From: a bacterium | GTDB taxonomy: Bacteria; Zhuqueibacterota; Zhuqueibacteria; Residuimicrobiales; Krinioviventaceae | Reading direction: 5' to 3' | DNA length: 64,000 bases | Assembly (NCBI GenBank): GCA_963674595.2 | Contig: CAXXFV010000016.1 | Span: 786,426-850,425 of the forward strand | Part shown: one piece after another, positions 31,661 to 40,279 of the stretch | Position numbering within the stretch: the first letter of the stretch is position 1 | Layout: every line of letters begins with the position of its first letter | The notes under the pieces: generated by a model | What the model saw: only the letters and a program-made list of their open reading frames with translations | What the model was told of the DNA's origin: nothing | The model's database searches: none | Translations under genes and position numbers: made by a program

Positions 31661-31696
31661 AAAAAGCCTGCTTAAATTTTCAAGCAGGCTTTTTTT
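31661..31696. terminator. bidirectional terminator between fumarase and sdhB
   Basis: AAAAAGCCTGCTT/AAGCAGGCTTTTT hairpin flanked by A- and T-tracts between converging genes. Confidence 0.85.
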
Positions 31697-31717
31697 CAAG
31701 ATATATCATTTATCGGG

Positions 31718-32560
31718 TTATTTTACAGTTGGTTCCGGTGCTTTTGGAATTTTTTCGTTTGCTTTAAATTCCGTAGATTTTGGTAAAATATGAGCTGCTT
31801 TTTTATCCTTTTTAAGTCTGAATGTTTTTTTAATCATATCATTTTTTAATAATTGTATTGCAAAACCCGGATCAACACCTTTGGGGCATACTTCAGAACA
31901 GGCTCCTGCAAAATGGCAGCGCCAAACACCATGTTTTGCATAGACTTGTTTTTCTCTCTCTTTACCTCCCTCATCACGTGAATCAGCGATATATCGCCAG
32001 GCCTGGGCCAAAGCCTGTGGACCTGTATAGTTTTCGTCGGTTGCTACTGTGGGGCAGGCGGACAGACAAAGCCCGCATTTTATGCAATAAGCAAATTGAA
32101 TATAATTTATCAGTTCATCTTGAGATTGAAAATATTCGCCGGTAGGATTTTCAAGCTCTTTCACGTGTTGTCTGATAAGGTAGGGTTTTACGGATTTATG
32201 CTTTTCAAAAAAGCCTTCCAGGTCCGGTACGAGGTCTTTAATTATATTATAATTTGGTAACGGTTTGATCTGGATTTTATCGGCCTTGAGGTGTGCAATC
32301 TGATTATTACAGGCCAATCGAGGGTAACCGTTTATAAACATACCACAGGAACCGCAAACTCCCATTCGGCAGGATGAACGCCAGGCCAGAGTACTGTCTT
32401 TGTTTTCTTTGATCCAATGCAGACCGTCCAGAACCGTCATTCCTTTTGTTACCGGGACCTCAAAAGTTTCCATTCGTGGTGTGTCATCAATTTCCGGATT
32501 ATATCTTAAAATTTCAAATGTTACTGTTTTAAGAATTTTTTCAGTATTTTTCTCAACCAT
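31718..32560 (-). CDS. sdhB: succinate dehydrogenase/fumarate reductase iron-sulfur subunit
   Basis: SCRMGVCGSC..LAC, CIKCGLCLSACP, CHFAGACSEVCP. Confidence 0.95.
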   Translation of the reverse strand: MVEKNTEKILKTVTFEILRYNPEIDDTPRMETFEVPVTKGMTVLDGLHWIKENKDSTLAWRSSCRMGVCGSCGMFINGYPRLACNNQIAHLKADKIQIKPLPNYNIIKDLVPDLEGFFEKHKSVKPYLIRQHVKELENPTGEYFQSQDELINYIQFAYCIKCGLCLSACPTVATDENYTGPQALAQAWRYIADSRDEGGKEREKQVYAKHGVWRCHFAGACSEVCPKGVDPGFAIQLLKNDMIKKTFRLKKDKKAAHILPKSTEFKANEKIPKAPEPTVK

Positions 32561-32592
32561 GATTGTCTCCTTTTTACAGAAATACAGGCGGT

Positions 32593-32964
32593 CTATTGAA
32601 CAGGCTGAAGAAATACAAAAATTGCAGCATAGGCGCCATAAATAAATAATAATAATCCAAATAAAACCAAAAGCCAGCTTGTCACTTTTTCCAATGTTGC
32701 TGATATTTTTAACTCGAATATAATATTTTTCAAACCATACAAGCCGTGATAAAGGGCTGTACCCAGTAAAAGTATATACGTTATCATAAAGAAAAATTGT
32801 TTACTTCTTAAAAACACGGATTCAGCCTGAACCGGATTTTGATAACCGATCCCCAAAAAGACTAAAATTGCATCATAATGCATAATAAACATGTGCAGAC
32901 CAAGCAGAAAGAATATTAAAATCCCTGCAAAGATGTGCAGTACCCAAAGTGTTGATTCACGCAT
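32593..32964 (-). CDS. sdhD: succinate dehydrogenase membrane anchor subunit
   Basis: three TM helices with His ligands (GLH, LYHGLYG); operon context. Confidence 0.8.
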   Translation of the reverse strand: MRESTLWVLHIFAGILIFFLLGLHMFIMHYDAILVFLGIGYQNPVQAESVFLRSKQFFFMITYILLLGTALYHGLYGLKNIIFELKISATLEKVTSWLLVLFGLLLFIYGAYAAIFVFLQPVQ

Positions 32965-32974
32965 GTTAATTCTC

Positions 32975-33418
32975 CTAATTTCCTAGTAAATAAAAATCAA
33001 TTCCGCCAAAAAGCATAATAATAGCTGCAATGATCATTATTACAACAAAAAACGGGCGCTGTCTTTGAACAGCGTTTTTATAAGGGAAAACAGGGCGCTG
33101 CGGTTTACCCAGCATGTATCCGGATTCTGTTATCACGAGCCGCAAACCGTTTAGTGCATGGAAAGCAAAAGCCAGAAAGACCAAAAATTCACCAAATTTT
33201 GAAAGTTGTGTTTCAAAAGTATGCATGATGTGTGTCCATGACTCAGGCCCACCGATTCGTGAACCTGTAACAAAAATATGCAAGATAAAGTAGAGCAATA
33301 AACCGAGTCCGGTAATTCTGTGTAATGTAAAGGCATATCGCTCAAGGCCGTATCTTCCTCCGGAGATCCAACCCCAGAGACCCAGCTTGTTTTTATAGTG
33401 TTTAATCTCGTTATTCAT
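32975..33418 (-). CDS. sdhC: succinate dehydrogenase cytochrome b subunit
   Basis: LHRITG, FHALNGLR motifs; three TM. Confidence 0.88.
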   Translation of the reverse strand: MNNEIKHYKNKLGLWGWISGGRYGLERYAFTLHRITGLGLLLYFILHIFVTGSRIGGPESWTHIMHTFETQLSKFGEFLVFLAFAFHALNGLRLVITESGYMLGKPQRPVFPYKNAVQRQRPFFVVIMIIAAIIMLFGGIDFYLLGN

Positions 33419-33431
33419 TTTTCACTCCTGC

Positions 33432-35150
33432 TTAATATTTTCTTTCCACTGGTTTCCAGGTTGTAATATTTACAGGTTTATAATCAAACACAGGTTCGCC
33501 TTCCTTAAAGAAAGCGAGTGTATGTTTGAGCCATTTATTATCGTCACGCACTGTAAAATCACGACGGGCGTGTGCCCCGCGGGATTCTTCTCTCTTTAAA
33601 CCACCTGTAACCATAACCTGGGCAAGCTCAAGCAAATTGGACACTTCCAGTGCATGAATGAGGTTGGTGTTATAGGTTCGGCTTTTGTCATCGATATGGA
33701 TGTTTTCAAATCGTTTTTTAAGGGATTTTATAATGTCCAGTGCTTTTCCCATATCTTCACCTGTACGGTAAACGCCAACATAGGTATCCATGCAGGATCG
33801 CAGGTCACGACGAATATCATAAATACTTTCCGTACCTTTTTTATCCAGCAGATCAGAAAAGATACGTTTGTTTTCCATATCAATGGTTTCTTGAGGAACA
33901 TCCGGATAGTTTGTAATTTCTTTGCAATATTTTCCTGCTTCTACGCCTGTTATTTTACCCCATACCAGGCATTCTGCGGTAGAGTTGGAACCCAGACGGT
34001 TGGCGCCATGCAGGCTGACACAGGCCGCCTCACCGGCTGCCCAAATACCTTTTGCGCGTGTTGCACCATTAATATCAGTCTCAATTCCGCCCATAGAATA
34101 ATGGGCAACAGGGCGGCAGGGGATGGGCTCTTCTATCGGATCAAGATCATTAAATTCCATACATACTTCACGGATAAGCGGCAGCCGGTCATTAATGCGG
34201 TCCGCACCAAGATGTCTCAGATCAAGATGGATATAATTCAGGCCATTCGGACCGTCAAAACCTCTCCCAGCTTCAATTTCCGTAATTTCAGAACGGGATA
34301 TCAGGTCTCGCGGCGCCAGTTCCAATTTTTCCGGCGCGTATTTTTCCATAAATCGTTCACCTTTATTATTTAAAAGGTAACCTCCTTCACCACGGCAGGC
34401 TTCGGTTATAAGAATGCCTGATGGAACCAGACCGGTTGGGTGAAACTGAACAAATTCCATGTCCTCCAACGGTAACCCGGCCCGATAGGCCATTGCCAGA
34501 CCATCACCGGTAACGGTTTGGGAATAGGTGGTAAATCCATACAATGTACCGCTGCCGCCGGTGGCTATAATAAGCGCTTTTCCTCGAATGAATTTAAATT
34601 TGCCTGTTGTCATACTCATTGCTGTAAGGCCTTTAAATTCATTGTTTTTGATAACAATAGAGGTTATGTACCATTCGTTATAGTGTACGGCATTGTTGTA
34701 TTTTAAGAGTGTGTCATACAGGGTTTGCAGTTCGAAAAAACCGGTTTTGTCTGCCGCCAGTACGGCACGCGGATAACTGTGTCCGCCAAATGGTCTTTGG
34801 GCGATTCGTCCGTCTTCTCGGCGGGTCCAGGGTATTCCCCAATGGTCTAACTGCAGAATTTCATCGGGCATAGCCTTTACAAATCGGTCAATAACATCCT
34901 GGTCTGCCAAAAAGTCACTTCCTTTTACAGTGTCCCAGGCATGGAGTTCAAAACTATCTCCATCATCCGGCCGAAGCATGGCCGCCGTTCCGCCTTCTGC
35001 GGCGACTGAATGAGCGCGCATCATTTGATTTTTGGTGAAAATTCCGATATCAATATCACCATTGGTCTGACGAGACGCTTCTACAGCCGCTCGAATTCCT
35101 GCCAGTCCTGCACCTAAAATAATGAGTTCATGCGTTATGACATCAGACAT
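33432..35150 (-). CDS. sdhA: succinate dehydrogenase/fumarate reductase flavoprotein
   Basis: GAGLAG, RAHSVAAEGG (FAD His), QFHPTG, HYSMGG, HGANRLG, ESRGAH. Confidence 0.97.
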   Translation of the reverse strand: MSDVITHELIILGAGLAGIRAAVEASRQTNGDIDIGIFTKNQMMRAHSVAAEGGTAAMLRPDDGDSFELHAWDTVKGSDFLADQDVIDRFVKAMPDEILQLDHWGIPWTRREDGRIAQRPFGGHSYPRAVLAADKTGFFELQTLYDTLLKYNNAVHYNEWYITSIVIKNNEFKGLTAMSMTTGKFKFIRGKALIIATGGSGTLYGFTTYSQTVTGDGLAMAYRAGLPLEDMEFVQFHPTGLVPSGILITEACRGEGGYLLNNKGERFMEKYAPEKLELAPRDLISRSEITEIEAGRGFDGPNGLNYIHLDLRHLGADRINDRLPLIREVCMEFNDLDPIEEPIPCRPVAHYSMGGIETDINGATRAKGIWAAGEAACVSLHGANRLGSNSTAECLVWGKITGVEAGKYCKEITNYPDVPQETIDMENKRIFSDLLDKKGTESIYDIRRDLRSCMDTYVGVYRTGEDMGKALDIIKSLKKRFENIHIDDKSRTYNTNLIHALEVSNLLELAQVMVTGGLKREESRGAHARRDFTVRDDNKWLKHTLAFFKEGEPVFDYKPVNITTWKPVERKY

Positions 35151-35163
35151 AAAGGGCCTCCAC

Positions 35164-35316
35164 TTAGAGCAGATAAAATGTTGATGGGTGTTTTAATTGT
35201 ATTGATTTAGTGAATGTATGCTGAGTGTAGTTATATTTGCGGATAGGATGTTTTTGCAGCATATTATTTTTCTGCAATATTTGTTTTGAAGAGATTGATG
35301 ACTTTATAATTATCAT
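35164..35316 (-). CDS. putative 50-aa leader ORF upstream of sdhA
   Basis: ATG at 35316 with GAGGGG 6 nt upstream, open to TAA at 35164; not in the ORF track (<60 aa). Confidence 0.35.
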   Translation of the reverse strand: MIIIKSSISSKQILQKNNMLQKHPIRKYNYTQHTFTKSIQLKHPSTFYLL

Positions 35317-35342
35317 TGTTATCCCCTCATGGTTTTTATTTT

Positions 35343-35371
35343 AAGATATAACACAATTAATAGGATGTCAA
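35343..35371 (-). promoter_or_regulatory. sigma70-type promoter for the sdh operon
   Basis: TTGACA-N17-TATCTT. Confidence 0.55.
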
Positions 35372-35434
35372 GGGAAAAAACAATTTTATTGTTAGCGTTA
35401 TTGTAGTATGTTGGCATTTTGCATTTGTTTTTTC

Positions 35435-35463
35435 TTGATTATTGATCAAGCGTTTGGTATACT
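35435..35463 (+). promoter_or_regulatory. sigma70-type promoter for the nucleotidyltransferase gene
   Basis: TTGATT-N17-TATACT with extended TG. Confidence 0.55.
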
Positions 35464-35492
35464 TGTTTTAGGTTGATATTATTGAGGTCAAT

Positions 35493-38477
35493 ATGGATGT
35501 TTATTTAGACAGGTTAAAATCACGTTCTGAGGTACTTGGGAACCATTACTATAAATATATTAATTTTATTGATACCAATCTTGATAAATTTATGGGGCGC
35601 CTTGAAAAAGAGGGTGTGATTGAGCGCGTTCATTTATGGGTTACGGCTCACGATTACAAGCAGGAAATGAGTACAATTTTCCAGGTCGGCACCACATTGA
35701 ATGAAAAGTTGACGGATTTGGGATGTTATTTTGCTTTTCAATTTTTGCAGATGAACCTGTCTGCTCTTGATGCTTTAATGCTGGAAGTGACAACAAATCC
35801 TGACAAACATTCGGTCTATAAAAGGTTCATGCTTAGGGTTGGTCACGATTTTCGCAGGTTAACCGCAGCATATATGAAACATTTAATGGCTCTGTTTTTA
35901 CCGGAAGATTATAAACATCAATTTGTGTTTATGGGTGTCGGCACAAGGTCTGATCAGGATGATATTGATATTGGTGTTATTGACCAGGACCCGAACGATC
36001 GTGATATATTAAACAAGGCCATTGGTAAAATGAGCGGGGAAATGTTAAAGCGCGCTATTTGTTTACATTTTCATCTATCAGAACATGTCGGCAGTGTAAC
36101 GTCTTATTCCGCCTCTATTGATGAATACCTTGAATTGTTAAACAAGGAAATACATGATTTTGTTATTATAACAGAGATGCTGGGTGGTGCGAGAATATTA
36201 GGAAGTAGAAGTCTGTTTTTTGAGTTTCGTCGTAAAGTCGGGTTGAGATATTATAACACATCCAGTATTTACAGGGATGCACGATTTCATGAAGGTTATT
36301 TGCGGGGTATTTTGGGAGAAACACGTTCGTTCATTTTGCGCGAATTGTCACGTGATCGTATCAGTCCCAAAGGTGACGGCCTGCGTATGATAAAGGCTGG
36401 TTTGTTTGCCGCTAAAACAATTTTTAACCTTCGTCAGGTCAATGCATGGGCCATTTTGGGTGAGCTTAAAATTCATGACAAATCCAGAATACATTTTTAT
36501 GAGCAGCTCGAAAGTTCACTAACATTTTTGGAAATTTTTCGCTATTTATATCAGTTGCTTGTAGCCCAGGAGGAAGAAATATTTATTAATGATAAAACAA
36601 GTATAAATCATTTATCAATTGTTGCCGAATCAATGGGCTTTAAATCCGTTGGTGTTGCAAATGCCACCGAATTTTTAATAACTGAGTATTATAAAAATAT
36701 TCAAATTGCTAAAGAAACAATGAGCCAGCTTTTACCAGGCTCTGAGAGTCATTTACAATCCATATCTGTTCTGGGCAAAATATTACGCCATAAAAAAGCA
36801 ACAACCGGAAAAGAAAAGAGAATTGGTAATTTAGCCATACGGTTTTTGGGTGAAACCCGGTTTTTTCGCGGGACCCGTTTTTGGGATGACATTATAAATG
36901 TTTTTGAATATAAAGATGCACAAATTTTAAAACGTTTGATAAATGATCTGTGTTCACTATCCGAAGAAAAAAGAATGGAGGTTTTGCAGGGGTATATTGA
37001 CTGGGGGTGGAATACATTTATTGCAACATTTTCATTTATTATTTTATTGTATAAACATCGTAAAAGTCTTCGAGATTGTGATATTTATAAAAAATTTAAC
37101 GAATTATTTTTCGAGCGTGTACGGGGAACAGAAGAGGAAGCCCAGCGGTTAAGTATTGTTTTTACTCATTATCCCCGATTGGTTTATGAATATACGAGTT
37201 TGCTGACCGAATCACAGCAGCGAAAGTTTTTTTCATGGCTGGATAGTAATGTCTGGGACCCTGAGGTTTTGCCGGCACGTGACAGGCTGCGTTTTTTACT
37301 AAAGCTGCAATATGCAACCAGTAAATACTTTAAAAGAGTTATGAATAATGTCATTAATGAAAATCCGGAATATCTGCATTTTATAAATAATGTAGATCGC
37401 TTGAGTTTGATCGGTAAAGGTATGCTGGCGGAAGTTGAACGGACTAAAGTAACCAAATTAAAGTTCAACAGCTTGAAAACTTTTTATAATTTTCAGTTTT
37501 TTAAAGTTGGAATTGAAACCCTGTTGGGTACACCCTCTCAAACAGTAGCTTTACATTTTTCAGAGTTTGCCGATACTTATTTACGTCTGTTATTCGATAC
37601 ATCAAAACAAGAAATAGATGAACTTTACAGCCATACATTACAAACCAAGGACCTTTTGGGTGTTTTTGTCACCGGGGGCCGGGGACAAATGCTGGCCTTT
37701 GATGATGATTTTGATTTGATTATTCTTATAAACTCGGACGATCCTATTGTGCACAGGTATTGCTGTACCATAATAAGCCGAATGCATAAAGAACTGGTAA
37801 AAAGCGGTGTGTTGCCCCATTATCGTCTGGCTGAATATACGGGTTCTTATCTTTGTACTTTTAACGAACTCGCGCAATTGTTGGGTGATAATGATCCGGA
37901 AAGATTTATTGACAGAGCACAGATTTTGGGCGCCAGGATGGTCATCGGCAGCAGCATTTTGCAACATGATTTTGAGAAGCAAATTGTAAAGCCTTATATT
38001 TTAGCCAGGAAAAAGGATTTTGTTTTAGATATTTTAAAGGATATGGATGCAAGACATCTGTCTTTAACGAATTGTTTTGACGGCTGTATTAATCTAAAAG
38101 AGGATCCCGGTGGAATAAGAGATATTGACATGATTTTGCTTATTTGCAGGGCACTTTTTGAAATATTTGAACCGTCATCTTTTAAAATATTACTACGCCT
38201 TCAGATTATGATCCATTCTCATTCAAAAGAGTTTCAAAAATTATTTAAATCTTACCAAAAGTTAAGGTATATACGTGATTTAAACCGGCTCTCTTTGGCC
38301 GCAACGGATTGCCTTGGCAAGGATAACACCCATTATTTATCGGATAATATGAGTTTTCGGATTGCAGAACGGGATGAAGATGTGTATGAAGAGGTTTCCA
38401 GGACATTTAAATCTGTCCTGAAAACCAATATAAAAATTATTAAAGAAGTAATTATGCCAAATATTGAGCTCTTTTAA
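35493..38477 (+). CDS. large protein with two nucleotidyltransferase modules (GlnE/GlnD/DUF294-like)
   Basis: GVGTRSDQDDIDIG plus PKGDGLRMI (module 1); TGGRGQMLAFDDDFDL plus NLKEDPGGIRDID (module 2). Confidence 0.7.
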   Translation: MDVYLDRLKSRSEVLGNHYYKYINFIDTNLDKFMGRLEKEGVIERVHLWVTAHDYKQEMSTIFQVGTTLNEKLTDLGCYFAFQFLQMNLSALDALMLEVTTNPDKHSVYKRFMLRVGHDFRRLTAAYMKHLMALFLPEDYKHQFVFMGVGTRSDQDDIDIGVIDQDPNDRDILNKAIGKMSGEMLKRAICLHFHLSEHVGSVTSYSASIDEYLELLNKEIHDFVIITEMLGGARILGSRSLFFEFRRKVGLRYYNTSSIYRDARFHEGYLRGILGETRSFILRELSRDRISPKGDGLRMIKAGLFAAKTIFNLRQVNAWAILGELKIHDKSRIHFYEQLESSLTFLEIFRYLYQLLVAQEEEIFINDKTSINHLSIVAESMGFKSVGVANATEFLITEYYKNIQIAKETMSQLLPGSESHLQSISVLGKILRHKKATTGKEKRIGNLAIRFLGETRFFRGTRFWDDIINVFEYKDAQILKRLINDLCSLSEEKRMEVLQGYIDWGWNTFIATFSFIILLYKHRKSLRDCDIYKKFNELFFERVRGTEEEAQRLSIVFTHYPRLVYEYTSLLTESQQRKFFSWLDSNVWDPEVLPARDRLRFLLKLQYATSKYFKRVMNNVINENPEYLHFINNVDRLSLIGKGMLAEVERTKVTKLKFNSLKTFYNFQFFKVGIETLLGTPSQTVALHFSEFADTYLRLLFDTSKQEIDELYSHTLQTKDLLGVFVTGGRGQMLAFDDDFDLIILINSDDPIVHRYCCTIISRMHKELVKSGVLPHYRLAEYTGSYLCTFNELAQLLGDNDPERFIDRAQILGARMVIGSSILQHDFEKQIVKPYILARKKDFVLDILKDMDARHLSLTNCFDGCINLKEDPGGIRDIDMILLICRALFEIFEPSSFKILLRLQIMIHSHSKEFQKLFKSYQKLRYIRDLNRLSLAATDCLGKDNTHYLSDNMSFRIAERDEDVYEEVSRTFKSVLKTNIKIIKEVIMPNIELF

Positions 38478-39283
38478 AAAGAGTATGATATGGTTGCCAT
38501 AAAACCAGCAACTTTGATGCGGGGTTCAACTTCTTTTTCGTCTATGATTACCGGCTCATCATATTGTTCTGAAAATAAATCTGCCCTGTAACCGGCATTA
38601 ATGCCTAATCCGGATGGGAAACGATAACCCAAACCTACATTTAAAGCTACAAGCACGGCTGAAATATCATTTTCAGAATCATCTTCAGAGGATGTTTTAC
38701 TTAATGATGAGTCATCTTCTTTTTCTTCATAAGTTAACGTACCGCCCATTCCGGCCAGGGAACCAAAAGCATAAAGACCGGAATTTCCAAGCGGTAGGAC
38801 GAGAGATAATCCAAGACCGTACATTGGTCCGCTTTCGCTTATTTCATACTTGTAGGAGTAATCATAATATTCATTCTTGTACTCCATGTCCATGGACCAT
38901 TTAAGATATTTGACGCCGGCAAATATGTTTACGTTTCTATGAATACGATATCCGAGGGTAAAATTGACATCCGTGCGACCCATATCGGCTTCGACACCGG
39001 TGCCTTCAAGACTATATCCACCGTATTCATTAATAGGAAATTTACCTACAAGAACTGAGAGACCAAAATTAACCTTGCCGTGGTTAACACTCATGTAAGG
39101 ACCAAAATTGTTTCCTGAACCAATGTCCCCTAATTTCTCTCCGTCCTGATCTTCCATGGTATAGGCGGCATTCCACCAGCTACCGCCCAGAGTGACAATT
39201 GTCCTTGTCTGGGCAAAAAGTGAAGAACTAACGAAAATAACCAGGATCAGTAAAACAAAACAAATTTTTTCGACTTTCTGCAT
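38474..39283 (-). CDS. outer-membrane beta-barrel protein
   Basis: signal peptide, alternating aromatic beta strands, C-terminal ISYSF; start at ATG 39283 behind GGAGG. Confidence 0.8.
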   Translation of the reverse strand: MQKVEKICFVLLILVIFVSSSLFAQTRTIVTLGGSWWNAAYTMEDQDGEKLGDIGSGNNFGPYMSVNHGKVNFGLSVLVGKFPINEYGGYSLEGTGVEADMGRTDVNFTLGYRIHRNVNIFAGVKYLKWSMDMEYKNEYYDYSYKYEISESGPMYGLGLSLVLPLGNSGLYAFGSLAGMGGTLTYEEKEDDSSLSKTSSEDDSENDISAVLVALNVGLGYRFPSGLGINAGYRADLFSEQYDEPVIIDEKEVEPRIKVAGFMATISYSF

Positions 39284-39322
39284 TGTTACCTCCAAAGAGT
39301 TATTTATTTGCTGTTTATTTGT

Positions 39323-40171
39323 TTAAAAAACAGGCGGTGGTTCTACTTGTTTTTTTTCTTTTTTTTCAGTTCTAACCTTGTATTGTCTTTTAGGTGGATC
39401 TTTTTTTATTGGCGGGGGAGTAGATGTAATTGGAGTAGATGTAAAACGCACAACATCTCCTAACCTCAAGTTGGTTTTAGTGCCAAGAATGCGTGCTTCA
39501 GAATATTCTGCATTAACTTTGGTGATTTTAATCGTACCAATAAAGTCTTCAGTTTTTCCTATAACGGCGCCGCTAAGGTTTGTAACAACATCTCCAATTC
39601 GGATAATTTCCAGTTCCTGACCTCTTCTGACACCGTGGCTTTCGCCAATGTCTACTAGAACATTTTTACCCGTTATTTTTATGATAGAGCCTTCAATTTT
39701 TATCTTTTGAGATATTTCTCTAACAAGGTCGGCTATGGCGGACGGCAGTTGACCTTCACCTCCGGTACATTGCATATTTTCCGCTAATTCCAGCGCACCG
39801 GTTTCAACATCCACGAGGCGTGTATTGATGATATAGGTTTGTCCTAATTTGCTGACACTACCAATCATTATTTTTTCAACATTTAAAATTTTACCAATCT
39901 GAACAGCCTGGTCCATATCTGTAACCCCGGCCATTTGAAGCTTTTGTTCTTCAAGCATTTGCAGGATTGCCTGACGTTCAACAACCTGGAAACGGTTTGT
40001 ATTAAAAAGTTCGGTGCTGAGAATGTCCGAAACAGCATCGGCCGATTCCTGGTTTATGTTTTTAGCCTCAAAGTTTAAAACAGCAATTTTGGTTTTTGCC
40101 TGAGAATAGGTTACACCTGTTAACACAAAAACCATTATTATTGCATAAACAACAGATTGAATTATTTTCAT
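39323..40171 (-). CDS. CsgG/HfaB-like domain protein with FlgT-C-like domain
   Basis: IAVLNF, FQVVERQ...LEEQ, IGKIL, RLVDVETG; VDIGESHGV..G; Pro-rich tail. Confidence 0.78.
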   Translation of the reverse strand: MKIIQSVVYAIIMVFVLTGVTYSQAKTKIAVLNFEAKNINQESADAVSDILSTELFNTNRFQVVERQAILQMLEEQKLQMAGVTDMDQAVQIGKILNVEKIMIGSVSKLGQTYIINTRLVDVETGALELAENMQCTGGEGQLPSAIADLVREISQKIKIEGSIIKITGKNVLVDIGESHGVRRGQELEIIRIGDVVTNLSGAVIGKTEDFIGTIKITKVNAEYSEARILGTKTNLRLGDVVRFTSTPITSTPPPIKKDPPKRQYKVRTEKKEKKQVEPPPVF

Positions 40172-40217
40172 TTTTCATTCCATATCATCTTTTTAATAAT
40201 CTATTAGAGATAAAATC

Positions 40218-40246
40218 AATTTAATCAGCAACAGGCTTTTTGTCAA
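40218..40246 (-). promoter_or_regulatory. sigma70-type promoter for the CsgG-like/barrel pair
   Basis: TTGACA-N17-TAAATT. Confidence 0.5.
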
Positions 40247-40279
40247 GGTGTTTTTCTATTATTTGTTAATTATGTCACT

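Noticed and set aside
39323-40171. Curli secretion system
   Set aside because: No csgA/B/E/F genes and no lipoprotein Cys
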